DNA of 32,000 nt, from the NCBI RefSeq assembly GCF_000354175.2, contig NC_022349.1, forward strand, positions 1,380,001 to 1,412,000, written 5' to 3'. How positions within the stretch are numbered: the first letter of the stretch is position 1; the number at the start of each line of letters is the position of its first letter. Position numbers and translations under genes: made by a program. The notes under the pieces are model-generated. The model was not told the DNA's origin and made no database searches. It saw nothing but the letters and a program-made list of their open reading frames with translations. Shown one piece after another: positions 10,327 through 18,815 of this stretch. This stretch comes from Vibrio alginolyticus NBRC 15630 = ATCC 17749. Its GTDB lineage: Bacteria > Pseudomonadota > Gammaproteobacteria > Enterobacterales > Vibrionaceae.

Positions 10327-12345
10327 ATGACTTCAATAAAAAACGCAGAACTTGGTTGGAACGAAGCTGGTACTCCGGTTTCAGACCAATTTGATGATGT
10401 TTACTTCTCTAACGTAAACGGTCTTGAAGAGACACGCTACGTTTTCTTAAAACAAAATCATCTCCCAGAAAGATGGCAGGAATTTGACCAAAGACGTTTT
10501 GTCATTGGTGAAACAGGATTTGGCACGGGATTAAACTTCTTAGCAGTATGCCAGTGGTTTAGTGAGTTTCGTCGTCAGCATCCGGACGCAACATTGAAAG
10601 AGCTGCATTTTATTAGCTTTGAAAAATACCCATTAAGCAAAGCCGATTTAAAGAAGGCGCATGAAGCTTGGCCTGAGCTAGCTGAATACGCGGAAAAGTT
10701 ACAAAAGCACTACCCTGCCGCTGTGCCGGAGTGTCATCGCATCGTTTTAGAAGACGGCGCAATCACACTCGACCTTTGGTTTGGTGACATTAAAGACTGC
10801 ATGCCGCAAGTCCCATACAACGAACAAGGTTTGATTGATGCTTGGTTCTTAGATGGATTCGCGCCAAGCAAAAACCCAGAGATGTGGAACCAAGGCCTGT
10901 TCAACAACATGGCAAAGCTAGCCAAGCAAGATTGTACAGTTGCCACGTTTACCGCAGCAGGCTTTGTACGTCGTGGTTTGAACGAAGCTGGCTTTACAAT
11001 GAAAAAGGTGAAAGGTTTCGGCACTAAGCGAGAAATGATCGCCGGCTCTATGGAGCAACGTGAAAAGCAGTCGAACCATCTCCCTTGGTTCAATCGCACA
11101 GCATCTAGCAATCTTGATTCGATTGCCATCATTGGCGGTGGTATAGCCAGCGCGGCGTTAGCGAAAACGTTAGTTCGTCGTGGCCAAAACGTCACCCTTT
11201 ACTGTAAAGACAAACAACCAGCCAAAGGAGCGTCGGGTAATCGTCAAGGGGCCGTGTATCCATTGTTGAACGGTCCCCATACTGGCGTTTCGCGTGTGTT
11301 TGCTCCTGCATTTTTGTTCGCACGTCAGTTTGTTGAACAAGCAGCACAAGAGATCGATTTTGATCATGACTGGTGTGGCGTAACTCAGTTGATGTGGGAT
11401 GACAAATCCACAGACAAACTGGAGAAAATACTTGCGGGTAACTTCACACCAGAGCTCATTCACAAGCTGTCCGCCGAGGAGACTGCGAACACTATCGGGT
11501 TACCTATTGATATGGCATCTGTGCACTACCCAATGGGAGGGTGGCTGTGCCCTGCCGAGTTAACTCGTGGGTTAATAAAACAATTGGAGAAGACGTCGTT
11601 ACTCTCAACGAAGTTTGAACACCATGTTGAGGCATTAGATTGGGATGAAAAGCGTCAGCTCTGGCTACTAACAGCGAGTGGTCAAACATTTGAGCACTCA
11701 ACGGTTGTGATTGCGAACGGCCATGAGTTCCAGACATTGAGTCAAACCGCTTCCCTACCAATGGGACAAGTGAAAGGACAAGTCAGTCATGCGCCAGCAA
11801 CCGAAACGCTGAGTCAGCTGAAAACGGTGTTGTGTTACGACGGTTACATGACACCTGTTAACCCAAGTAATCAACACTTGTGTATCGGTGCAAGCTACGA
11901 CCGCAGTCACCTTGACTACGAATTTGATGAAAACGCCCAAAAAGATAATGCAGAAAAGCTAGTGAAATGTGTACCGAATCAAACATGGGCAAAAGAGGTA
12001 GATATCACTGGTAATCAATCTCGCCAAGGTATTCGTTGTGTTAGCCGAGATCACTTACCATTTGTCGGAAATGTGGGTGACTTTGAGACGATCAAAACGC
12101 AATACACCAACTTACAAAATCAAAAAGAAGAAGAGGTAGAAACCATTCATCAGTACCCTAACCTATTCTGCTTCTTAGGTTTAGGATCTCGTGGACTGAG
12201 CTCTGCACCATTATTAGCTGAAGTGTTGGCCTCCCAGATCTGTGGGGACCCGCTGCCATTACCGGTTGATGTATTGACCGAACTTCACCCAAGTCGAATG
12301 TGGGTTCGTAAACTAAGAAAAGGCAAAGCCATTACCGAGCTGTAA
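10327..12345 (+). CDS. mnmC: Bifunctional tRNA (mnm5s2U34) methyltransferase / FAD-dependent cmnm5s2U34 oxidoreductase
   Basis: The ORF track begins at 10231. The homologous N-terminus [28 protein letters not shown] begins at ATG 10327, giving 672 aa. It has an N-terminal methyltransferase half, and the FAD motif [12 protein letters not shown] starts the C-terminal half. Confidence 0.9.
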   Translation: MTSIKNAELGWNEAGTPVSDQFDDVYFSNVNGLEETRYVFLKQNHLPERWQEFDQRRFVIGETGFGTGLNFLAVCQWFSEFRRQHPDATLKELHFISFEKYPLSKADLKKAHEAWPELAEYAEKLQKHYPAAVPECHRIVLEDGAITLDLWFGDIKDCMPQVPYNEQGLIDAWFLDGFAPSKNPEMWNQGLFNNMAKLAKQDCTVATFTAAGFVRRGLNEAGFTMKKVKGFGTKREMIAGSMEQREKQSNHLPWFNRTASSNLDSIAIIGGGIASAALAKTLVRRGQNVTLYCKDKQPAKGASGNRQGAVYPLLNGPHTGVSRVFAPAFLFARQFVEQAAQEIDFDHDWCGVTQLMWDDKSTDKLEKILAGNFTPELIHKLSAEETANTIGLPIDMASVHYPMGGWLCPAELTRGLIKQLEKTSLLSTKFEHHVEALDWDEKRQLWLLTASGQTFEHSTVVIANGHEFQTLSQTASLPMGQVKGQVSHAPATETLSQLKTVLCYDGYMTPVNPSNQHLCIGASYDRSHLDYEFDENAQKDNAEKLVKCVPNQTWAKEVDITGNQSRQGIRCVSRDHLPFVGNVGDFETIKTQYTNLQNQKEEEVETIHQYPNLFCFLGLGSRGLSSAPLLAEVLASQICGDPLPLPVDVLTELHPSRMWVRKLRKGKAITEL

Positions 12346-12361
12346 GAGTATTCTCTGTTTT

Positions 12362-12391
12362 GATTCCCGACACAGACACGTGTCGGGAATC
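12362..12391. terminator. 12-bp GC-rich stem-loop between convergent mnmC and the oxidoreductase gene (possible bidirectional terminator, no clear U-tail)
   Basis: gattcccgacac (12362-12373) pairs with gtgtcgggaatc (12380-12391). The flanks are not T-rich after the hairpin in either direction. Confidence 0.35.
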
Positions 12392-12420
12392 GCTAACTCA
12401 TTAAGTCGCTCGTACTGAGA

Positions 12421-12945
12421 TTACTTCAGCAGTGCAACTGCCTGTTTCACTTGCTCTGCCACTTCTGGGTTTACAACCTTACCCGATTCCACGTCAAAAT
12501 TTTCGTAGAAGCTCGGCACAGATAACGATGCCTTTACATCCGCGCCAAAAAATTGTGCAGAACCTGTCGCCGCCGCAAGAACACTTTGCGCACCACCGGG
12601 ACCTGGGGAAGTTGCTAAATAAACGACAGGTTTGTTTTGAAATACATTACGCTCAATGCGCGTCGCCCAATCGAACAAGTTTTTATAGGCCGCTGGGTAC
12701 GAACCGTTGTGCTCTGCGAAGGAAACAACGAGAGCGTCAGCCTCCGCCAAGTCACGTAAAAACGCGACAGCCCCTTCAGCTTGACCTATTTCTTTCTCTT
12801 TGTCCTCGCTAAACATTGGCGCTTGATAATCGTTTAAGTCTAGAACATTCACTTGAGCGCCTTCGACTTGATTTGCTGCGTATGTAGCAAGTAGTTTGTT
12901 GATTGAGGTAGAGCTGGTAGATGCACCAAATGCGACAATTTTCAT
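12421..12945 (-). CDS. NAD(P)H-dependent FMN reductase-family oxidoreductase
   Basis: 174-aa ORF MKIVAFGASTSSTSINKLLA... with flavodoxin-like fold hallmarks (SPGPGG, short size). It is not present at this position in the E. coli arrangement. Confidence 0.7.
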   Translation of the reverse strand: MKIVAFGASTSSTSINKLLATYAANQVEGAQVNVLDLNDYQAPMFSEDKEKEIGQAEGAVAFLRDLAEADALVVSFAEHNGSYPAAYKNLFDWATRIERNVFQNKPVVYLATSPGPGGAQSVLAAATGSAQFFGADVKASLSVPSFYENFDVESGKVVNPEVAEQVKQAVALLK

Positions 12946-13091
12946 GGTTGTAATCCTTTGTTCACGTTTTATGCTGATCAGAATAAAAGTTGAACAGTTT
13001 CGCTACAACCACAAAAATTTTATGGAGAGGTTCGAATTTTTCGAAGTAGTAAATGACTAGGATTAAATAAAGGGAGAACGCTGCTTAGGGA

Positions 13092-13355
13092 CTAAGCCTG
13101 AGCCTGGAGCTCCTGCCACAAATCACTGACAATCACGCGATCGGCCGGGCTTAACTCGGTACGCGCATTTTCTAAGCTGCTCTCAATGCGTGACTTCAGC
13201 TCAGTAATATCGCTAATCCCTTCTTCTTCACAAGACGCCGCGGATAAAGAGATGTGACCACGTAAATAACCACCAGCAAACAATTCATCGTCAGATGCTG
13301 TTTCAATTCGAGCATCAATCAGTTCCAGTAGTTTTTCTTCAAATTCAATAATCAT
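13092..13355 (-). CDS. yfcL: YfcL-family small protein
   Basis: 87-aa ORF MIIEFEEKLLELIDARIE...GGYLRGHISL, directly downstream of epmC (25-nt gap) as in E. coli yfcM-yfcL. Confidence 0.75.
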   Translation of the reverse strand: MIIEFEEKLLELIDARIETASDDELFAGGYLRGHISLSAASCEEEGISDITELKSRIESSLENARTELSPADRVIVSDLWQELQAQA

Positions 13356-13380
13356 GGTGTATCTCTGAGGTTATTAGTGG

Positions 13381-13911
13381 TTATTTAACGCAAAAGTCCG
13401 ACGCTTCCAGTGGCTTAGTTTGATAAAATGCGCGCAGGGCATCAGAAAGCATTTTCACTCGCAAAGGCAAGCCAACGTCCAAAATACCTAGCACTTCTTT
13501 ATGCACTTTTTTCATAAAGCCGAGCCTATCTGGTTCAAAATCGCCGTGTAGATTGTCACAACTCACCGTAAAAGGGAAGCCAGCGCTTTGTGCCAGAATC
13601 CATTCATAAGCTTGAGGTCGCACTTCAACTTTCTCAAACTCCGCTTGAACTTCTGCTGTTCGCCCATCAGGTTCATACCAATAACCAAAATCTTCCAGCA
13701 AACGACGCTCTGGACCAGCCACACACCAATGCGAGATCTCGTGTAAAGCAGAGGCGTAAAAACCCCGAGCAAAAATAATCCGATGATGAGGGTGTTCATC
13801 ATCAGCAGGAAGATAAATAGGCTCATCACCACCTAACTCTAATTTCGTATTAAATTGTTCTAAAAAGGTGTCATTAAAAATGGTGATTAAGTCTTGGTAT
13901 TCGTGGGTCAT
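13381..13911 (-). CDS. epmC: Elongation factor P hydroxylase
   Basis: 176-aa ORF with EPIYLPADDE...FARGFYASALHEISHWCVAG...FGYWYEPDGR...FTVSCDNLHGDFEPDR, which aligns along its length with E. coli YfcM/EpmC. Confidence 0.9.
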   Translation of the reverse strand: MTHEYQDLITIFNDTFLEQFNTKLELGGDEPIYLPADDEHPHHRIIFARGFYASALHEISHWCVAGPERRLLEDFGYWYEPDGRTAEVQAEFEKVEVRPQAYEWILAQSAGFPFTVSCDNLHGDFEPDRLGFMKKVHKEVLGILDVGLPLRVKMLSDALRAFYQTKPLEASDFCVK

Positions 13912-14243
13912 CGTCGAGTTTGTACTTCAGTTTGACATGCGCTGCATATTGTCGCTGTTTTTAGCTATGAGGTAAAGGCAACCCCACATTTTTGGTTATT
14001 AGTTGAATTTATCTGAACATCGCTTTCTCCATACAATTTCTCATTCGTCAGCGTACTTATTTACCACTACACTCTCGCCTTATTTTGATGCCGTTCAAAC
14101 CGCTATTTTTAAGCCGTTTGATTACAAGCATGTTGCTGGTTTTAATCACTTTTTAAGAGAGATAGAACCGTTTGTAAGTGTTGTTACTTCGCCTACGCTG
14201 ATTCTCGTAGAACGTAGTGACTTTTTACGTTGAGTGTTTCCCT

Positions 14244-14867
14244 ATGTTGCTAAGTGTGTTGTATATCATTGGTATCACGGCTGAAGCCATGACAGGTGCG
14301 TTAAGTGCTGGTAGAAGAAAGATGGACTGGTTTGGTGTTATGTTGGTGGCCAGCGCAACGGCCATTGGTGGTGGCACCGTACGTGACATTCTATTAGGCC
14401 ACTACCCTCTTGGTTGGGTAAAAAACCCAGAGTTCCTTGCAATTACGTGTGTTGCAGGTGTGCTAACAACAGGTTTAGCGAAATGGGTGATTAAGCTGAA
14501 AGGTCTGTTCATTCGCCTCGATGCACTAGGTTTAATCGTGTTTAGTATCATCGGAACAAAAATTGCGATGGGCATGGGCTTGCACCCTGGTATTTGTATG
14601 GTTTCAGCGTTAGTAACTGGTGTATTCGGTGGGCTACTTCGTGACTTAATCTGTCGCCAAACACCATTGGTACTGCATGAAGAGCTTTACGCTTCTGTCG
14701 CTCTTATCGCATCAGGAATGTACTTAGCGCTATTAGAATTTAATGTTCCCGATGTCACTGCCACGATCATTACACTGGTTACTGGTTACATGCTGCGTAT
14801 GGCTGCAGTGCGCTTTAAGTGGCGTCTGCCTTCTTTCCATTTGGAAACCGAAGGCTCGATTCATTAA
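14244..14867 (+). CDS. UPF0126 / trimeric intracellular cation channel (TRIC, YadS-like) membrane protein
   Basis: The ORF track starts at GTG 14217; ATG 14244 (MLLSVLYIIG...) is the more likely start, giving 207 aa. It has two repeated halves, each with a GGG(T/L)(V/L)RD motif (GGGTVRDILLG, FGGLLRDLICR), and multiple TM segments. Confidence 0.8.
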   Translation: MLLSVLYIIGITAEAMTGALSAGRRKMDWFGVMLVASATAIGGGTVRDILLGHYPLGWVKNPEFLAITCVAGVLTTGLAKWVIKLKGLFIRLDALGLIVFSIIGTKIAMGMGLHPGICMVSALVTGVFGGLLRDLICRQTPLVLHEELYASVALIASGMYLALLEFNVPDVTATIITLVTGYMLRMAAVRFKWRLPSFHLETEGSIH

Positions 14868-14901
14868 GCAAAAACTACTTAAACAAAAAAGGTTGCCTGA
14901 T

Positions 14902-14941
14902 AAAATTGTGCCACCCGCGATTCAGTGAGTGGCATAATTTT
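14902..14941. terminator. Bidirectional hairpin terminator in the convergent TRIC / aroC intergenic region
   Basis: aaaattgtgccac (14902-14914) pairs with gtggcataatttt (14929-14941), with one G-U pair. A-runs and T-runs flank it so either strand gets a U-rich tail. Confidence 0.5.
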
Positions 14942-15090
14942 ATATTCAGTCATCCTGAACAGCGACGAAGGAGCATGATTCAGGATCTATTATCCGAGCA
15001 CTCTGTTGTCAGAGATGTTTCTTTCTCTTTTCATCGTGCTGAAATTAGATTCCTAGTCTCGCTATAGCTCGCTGGAATGACACAAAGCTC

Positions 15091-16176
15091 TTAAATCTTC
15101 GGTGTTTCAGTTGTTACGCCATGGTTTTGACCACGGTGGCGTAGTAAATGATCCATCACCACAATTGCCAGCATCGCTTCTGCGATAGGCACAGCACGAA
15201 TACCCACACATGGGTCATGACGACCTTTGGTGATCAACTGAGTTGGTTCACCTTCTTTTGTGATGGTCTCACCCGGCACAGTGATACTTGATGTTGGCTT
15301 AAGCGCAATGTTAGCGACAATGTCTTGACCAGTCGAGATACCGCCAAGAATGCCACCCGCATGATTACTACCAAAACCTTCAGGAGCAAGCGTATCACGG
15401 TGCTGACTGCCTTTTTGGTTTACCACGTCGAAACCGTCTCCGATTTCCACGCCTTTCACCGCGTTTATGCTCATTAGTGCGTGCGCGATGTCTGCATCCA
15501 AACGGTCAAATACGGGTTCCCCAAGACCAACAGGCACGTTAGTTGCCACAACCTGGATTTTTGCGCCAATAGAGTCGCCTTCTTTTTTCAGGTCACGGAT
15601 AAGTTGGTCAAATGCTTCTACTTTGTCAGCATCAGGGCAGAAGAATGCATTGTTCTCGATTTCGTTCCAATCTACCTTGTCGATAGATACATCACCCATT
15701 TGTGACAAGTAAGCACGAATCTCAACACCAAACTCATCTTTTAAGTATTTCTTCGCGATTGCACCAGCAGCCACACGCATTGCGGTTTCACGAGCTGAAG
15801 AACGGCCGCCACCGCGATAGTCGCGGATGCCATATTTTTGGTGGTAAGTGTAATCAGCATGACCCGGTCTGAACTTATCTTTGATGTCAGAGTAGTCTTT
15901 TGAGCGCTGATCGGTGTTTTCAATTAGCAAACCGATCGATGTGCCCGTGGTTTTGCCTTCAAAAACGCCAGAAAGAATTTTAACTTCATCCGGTTCACGA
16001 CGTTGTGTGGTGTAACGTGATGTGCCTGGACGACGGCGGTCGAGATCAATTTGTAGATCTGCTTCTGTAATTTCCAACCCCGGAGGACATCCGTCTACGA
16101 TACATCCCAGTGCGATACCGTGACTTTCCCCGAATGTCGTCACTCGGAAATGTTGTCCGATACTGTTTCCTGCCAT
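15091..16176 (-). CDS. aroC: Chorismate synthase
   Basis: 361-aa [23 protein letters not shown]...[11 protein letters not shown], full-length similarity to AroC. Confidence 0.97.
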   Translation of the reverse strand: MAGNSIGQHFRVTTFGESHGIALGCIVDGCPPGLEITEADLQIDLDRRRPGTSRYTTQRREPDEVKILSGVFEGKTTGTSIGLLIENTDQRSKDYSDIKDKFRPGHADYTYHQKYGIRDYRGGGRSSARETAMRVAAGAIAKKYLKDEFGVEIRAYLSQMGDVSIDKVDWNEIENNAFFCPDADKVEAFDQLIRDLKKEGDSIGAKIQVVATNVPVGLGEPVFDRLDADIAHALMSINAVKGVEIGDGFDVVNQKGSQHRDTLAPEGFGSNHAGGILGGISTGQDIVANIALKPTSSITVPGETITKEGEPTQLITKGRHDPCVGIRAVPIAEAMLAIVVMDHLLRHRGQNHGVTTETPKI

Positions 16177-16301
16177 TACTTCCTCAAGTTTTTATCGCCA
16201 CGCTCTCTCAAAACAGAGCATAGCTGCTTTCCAATTCTTCGTGGATTCATAGTGGCTTTATTACGTTTTGATGTAAAGAGTTAATATCGGCGAGGTATGC
16301 A

Positions 16302-16331
16302 TAAAAAAACACCGAGCATAAAGCTCGGTGT
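16302..16331 (-). terminator. Rho-independent terminator downstream of prmB
   Basis: acaccgagc (16309-16317) / ataaa / gctcggtgt (16323-16331). On the minus strand it is followed by a T7 run. It lies 25 nt after the prmB stop codon. Confidence 0.85.
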
Positions 16332-16355
16332 TTTGATGTTTAGTGCAAGACTCTA

Positions 16356-17288
16356 TTAGTCTTTGTACAGTTTAAACTCTTCTGCACACTCAACCAGCTG
16401 GTCACGCGTTAGCATAAACACGCCATGACCGCCGTTCTCGAACTCAATCCAAGTAAATGGAATCTCTGGGTACTGTTCCATCATATGAATCATTGAGTTT
16501 CCGACTTCACAAATAAGAATGCCGTTATCTGTTAGATAATCTGGCGCGTTAGCAAGAATACGACGCACTAGTTTTAGACCATCCGTACCCGCAGCTAGCC
16601 CAAGCTCAGGCTCATGCGTGAACTCATCTGGCAGGCTGTTCATGTCTTCTTCATCCACATATGGTGGGTTGGACACGATTAGATTGTATTTCTCTTTTGG
16701 AAGATCACGGAACAAATCAGAGCGAATTGGGAACACTTGCTGCTCCATGCCGTGATCTTGTACGTTTTGCTCAGCCACTTGTAGAGCATCTGTAGAGATG
16801 TCGATAGCATCCACTTCTGCTTCAGGGAAAGCGTGCGCACAAGCAATCGCGATACAACCAGAACCCGTACATAGGTCCATGATGCGCGTAGGCTCTTCCA
16901 CCAACCAAGGTTGGAATTCCGCTTGAATCAATTCGCCGATAGGAGAACGTGGCACAAGTACACGCTCATCAACGAAGAACTCAAGACCGCAGAACCATGC
17001 TTTGTTTGTTAGGTATGCTGTTGGCGTACGCTCGTTGATGCGTTTTACTACGCGCTCAACAATACGCAGACGCTCGCTTGTCGTTAGGCGAGAGTTCAAT
17101 ACGTGCGGAGGCACATCAATCGGCAAGTATAAGGTTGGCAGGATAAGCTGAACTGCTTCATCCCACGCATTATCAGTACCATGACCGTAAAACAGGTTCG
17201 CTGCATTAAAGCGGCTTACCGTCCAACGAATCATATCTTGAAGGGTATGCAGTTCCGATACCGCTTCTTCTACAAAAATCTTATCCAA
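16356..17288 (-). CDS. prmB: Ribosomal protein uL3 glutamine N5-methyltransferase
   Basis: 310-aa ORF with SAM-binding [12 protein letters not shown] and catalytic NPPY (VSNPPYV). It is divergent from smrB and upstream of aroC as in E. coli. Confidence 0.92.
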   Translation of the reverse strand: MDKIFVEEAVSELHTLQDMIRWTVSRFNAANLFYGHGTDNAWDEAVQLILPTLYLPIDVPPHVLNSRLTTSERLRIVERVVKRINERTPTAYLTNKAWFCGLEFFVDERVLVPRSPIGELIQAEFQPWLVEEPTRIMDLCTGSGCIAIACAHAFPEAEVDAIDISTDALQVAEQNVQDHGMEQQVFPIRSDLFRDLPKEKYNLIVSNPPYVDEEDMNSLPDEFTHEPELGLAAGTDGLKLVRRILANAPDYLTDNGILICEVGNSMIHMMEQYPEIPFTWIEFENGGHGVFMLTRDQLVECAEEFKLYKD

Positions 17289-17350
17289 AATTGCCTCCGA
17301 AAAGCGCTACAATACTGCCAATAAAGTTTATTAATGAAATTGTTTACCTA

Positions 17351-17880
17351 ATGAGCAAAAAAGACACCGAGAACGATGACGATTTCGCCTTGTTTCAGGA
17401 AGCAGTACAGGGCGTAAAAAAGTTGCGACAGGATACCATAATCCAGCAACCAAAAAAAATACTAAGCAAAAAGAAATCAAGCGCTCCAACCGTGAAGCGA
17501 GTGACTCTGAATTTTACTTTTCAGACGAGTTTGTCCCTCTATTAAACGATGAAGGTCCAACTCGTTATGCACGTGACGACGTCTCCACTTATGAAGTCAA
17601 ACGTCTACGTCGTGGCGTGTATGTACCGGACGTGTTCCTCGATATGCACGGCATGACACAGCAAGAAGCAAAACGCGAGCTTGGTGCGATGATAGCCTAT
17701 TGCATCAAAAACGAGATTCATTGTGCGTGTGTGCAACATGGTATTGGGAAACACATCCTGAAACAGAAAGCCCCACTTTGGTTAGCACAGCATCCTGACG
17801 TTATGGCTTTTCACCAAGCGCCACTAGAATTTGGTGGTGATGGTGCGTTGTTAGTGTTGCTTTCAATTCCTGAAAAGTAA
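17351..17880 (+). pseudogene. smrB: smrB (Smr-domain ribosome-rescue endonuclease) interrupted by a frameshift in an A8 run. Frame 0 ends at 17545. The Smr domain continues in the -1 frame to 17880.
   Basis: The N-terminal part [36 protein letters not shown] (ATG 17351) matches the SmrB N-terminus. After the A8 run (17452-17459) homology continues in the other frame: [76 protein letters not shown]...HGIGKHILK...[14 protein letters not shown]. One extra A, or a -1 slip, restores a 176-aa protein. Confidence 0.8.
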
Positions 17881-17907
17881 CAAGCTTGCTGTAGACACGA
17901 CGAAACG

Positions 17908-17935
17908 AAAAGGCAGGGATCTCCTGCCTTTCTTA
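17908..17935. terminator. Bidirectional Rho-independent terminator between convergent smrB and sixA
   Basis: aggcagg (17911-17917) / gatct / cctgcct (17923-17929). The plus-strand tail is TTTCTTATTCT and the minus-strand tail is TTTTCGTTTCG. Confidence 0.75.
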
Positions 17936-17976
17936 TTCTGTCTCTAATTTGCAAACGCTTATTTTGGTTTAGACAC

Positions 17977-18441
17977 TTATGGCGTAATATGCCATAGCAC
18001 TTCACCATTTTGTGTTTGTAAATCATATTCAATGCACACTAGCCCTGATGTAGGAAACATCGGTGGTGTCATGTCTTTTACAAACTCTGAAGTCAGATAA
18101 CCGACCAAAGGCAAATGCGATACGAACAAAAGCGAGTCCAATTGTTCGACTTCTATTAACGCACTTGCGAAATCGAAGACATGCTCGGACTGGCCATAAG
18201 GTGTAATATCTTCACAAGTTTCAATGCTTTTTGCAGAGAAATACGCACTGATCTCTTGCCAAGTTTGTTGAGCTCTAATGTACGGACTCACCAACACTTT
18301 ATCGAATTGCGCAAAACCCTGTTCTTTACAGGCTCTCGCAACCGCTTCTGATTCGACTCTGCCTCTTGGGGTCAATTGTCGTGCTGCGTCTGAATCTGCA
18401 AAATGCTCGGCTTCACCGTGACGCATGATGAATATTTTCAT
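17977..18441 (-). CDS. sixA: Phosphohistidine phosphatase SixA
   Basis: 154-aa ORF MKIFIMRHGEAE... (RHG catalytic motif, ...SHLP...). It occupies the same position as E. coli sixA, between smrB and fadJ. Confidence 0.9.
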   Translation of the reverse strand: MKIFIMRHGEAEHFADSDAARQLTPRGRVESEAVARACKEQGFAQFDKVLVSPYIRAQQTWQEISAYFSAKSIETCEDITPYGQSEHVFDFASALIEVEQLDSLLFVSHLPLVGYLTSEFVKDMTPPMFPTSGLVCIEYDLQTQNGEVLWHITP

Positions 18442-18815
18442 GTTATTTCCTAGGGATAGCTAACGCTACCAAAAGGTTGACTGCTATCTTTATTAGATAG
18501 ACGGGGCTAACTTTAACAATGACGAAACAAAAATACTGATATAATTATCTGTTCATTATACCAATTCGCTTGTTAAAGATAGCGACTTTCTTAACAATCT
18601 ATTAAAAGAATGTACTCAGTTCATCACACTATTTAACTGTGCAATGAGTTCAGAGCATTCACTCAAACAGTTCTTCCCCATACGCAAACGCGATGGGCCT
18701 GTGCAGAAGTCTACGAATAACAAAAATACGGCAAGCAGTATTTGTCGAAACGCAAACTTTGCGCCCCCCGCGAGGGGAGCCTAAATTACTGTAATGCGAA
18801 ATCTGGAGACGCATC

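Noticed and set aside
10734-11195. 153-aa minus-strand ORF, plus the smaller ORFs at 11170-11940
   Set aside because: These are shadow ORFs antisense to mnmC, whose full-length homology accounts for the region.
13029-13037. GGTTCGAAT, which resembles a tRNA T-loop / T-arm motif
   Set aside because: The surrounding sequence cannot be folded into acceptor, D or anticodon arms. It is an isolated motif in an AT-rich promoter region.
14003-14233. 76-aa ORF in the long leader upstream of the UPF0126 gene; I also wondered about a riboswitch in this 330-bp leader
   Set aside because: It has a non-canonical (TTG) start, no SD and no family resemblance. I could not recognise any riboswitch consensus in the leader, for example the glycine riboswitch motifs.
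18644-18784. 46-aa ORF (MSSEHSLKQFFPIRKRDG...) upstream of the M16 peptidase, plus a small CCCC-GCGA-GGGG tetraloop hairpin near 18765-18778
   Set aside because: The ORF has no Shine-Dalgarno and nothing distinguishes it from chance. The hairpin is only 4-5 bp. Both are probably just 5'UTR or promoter sequence.
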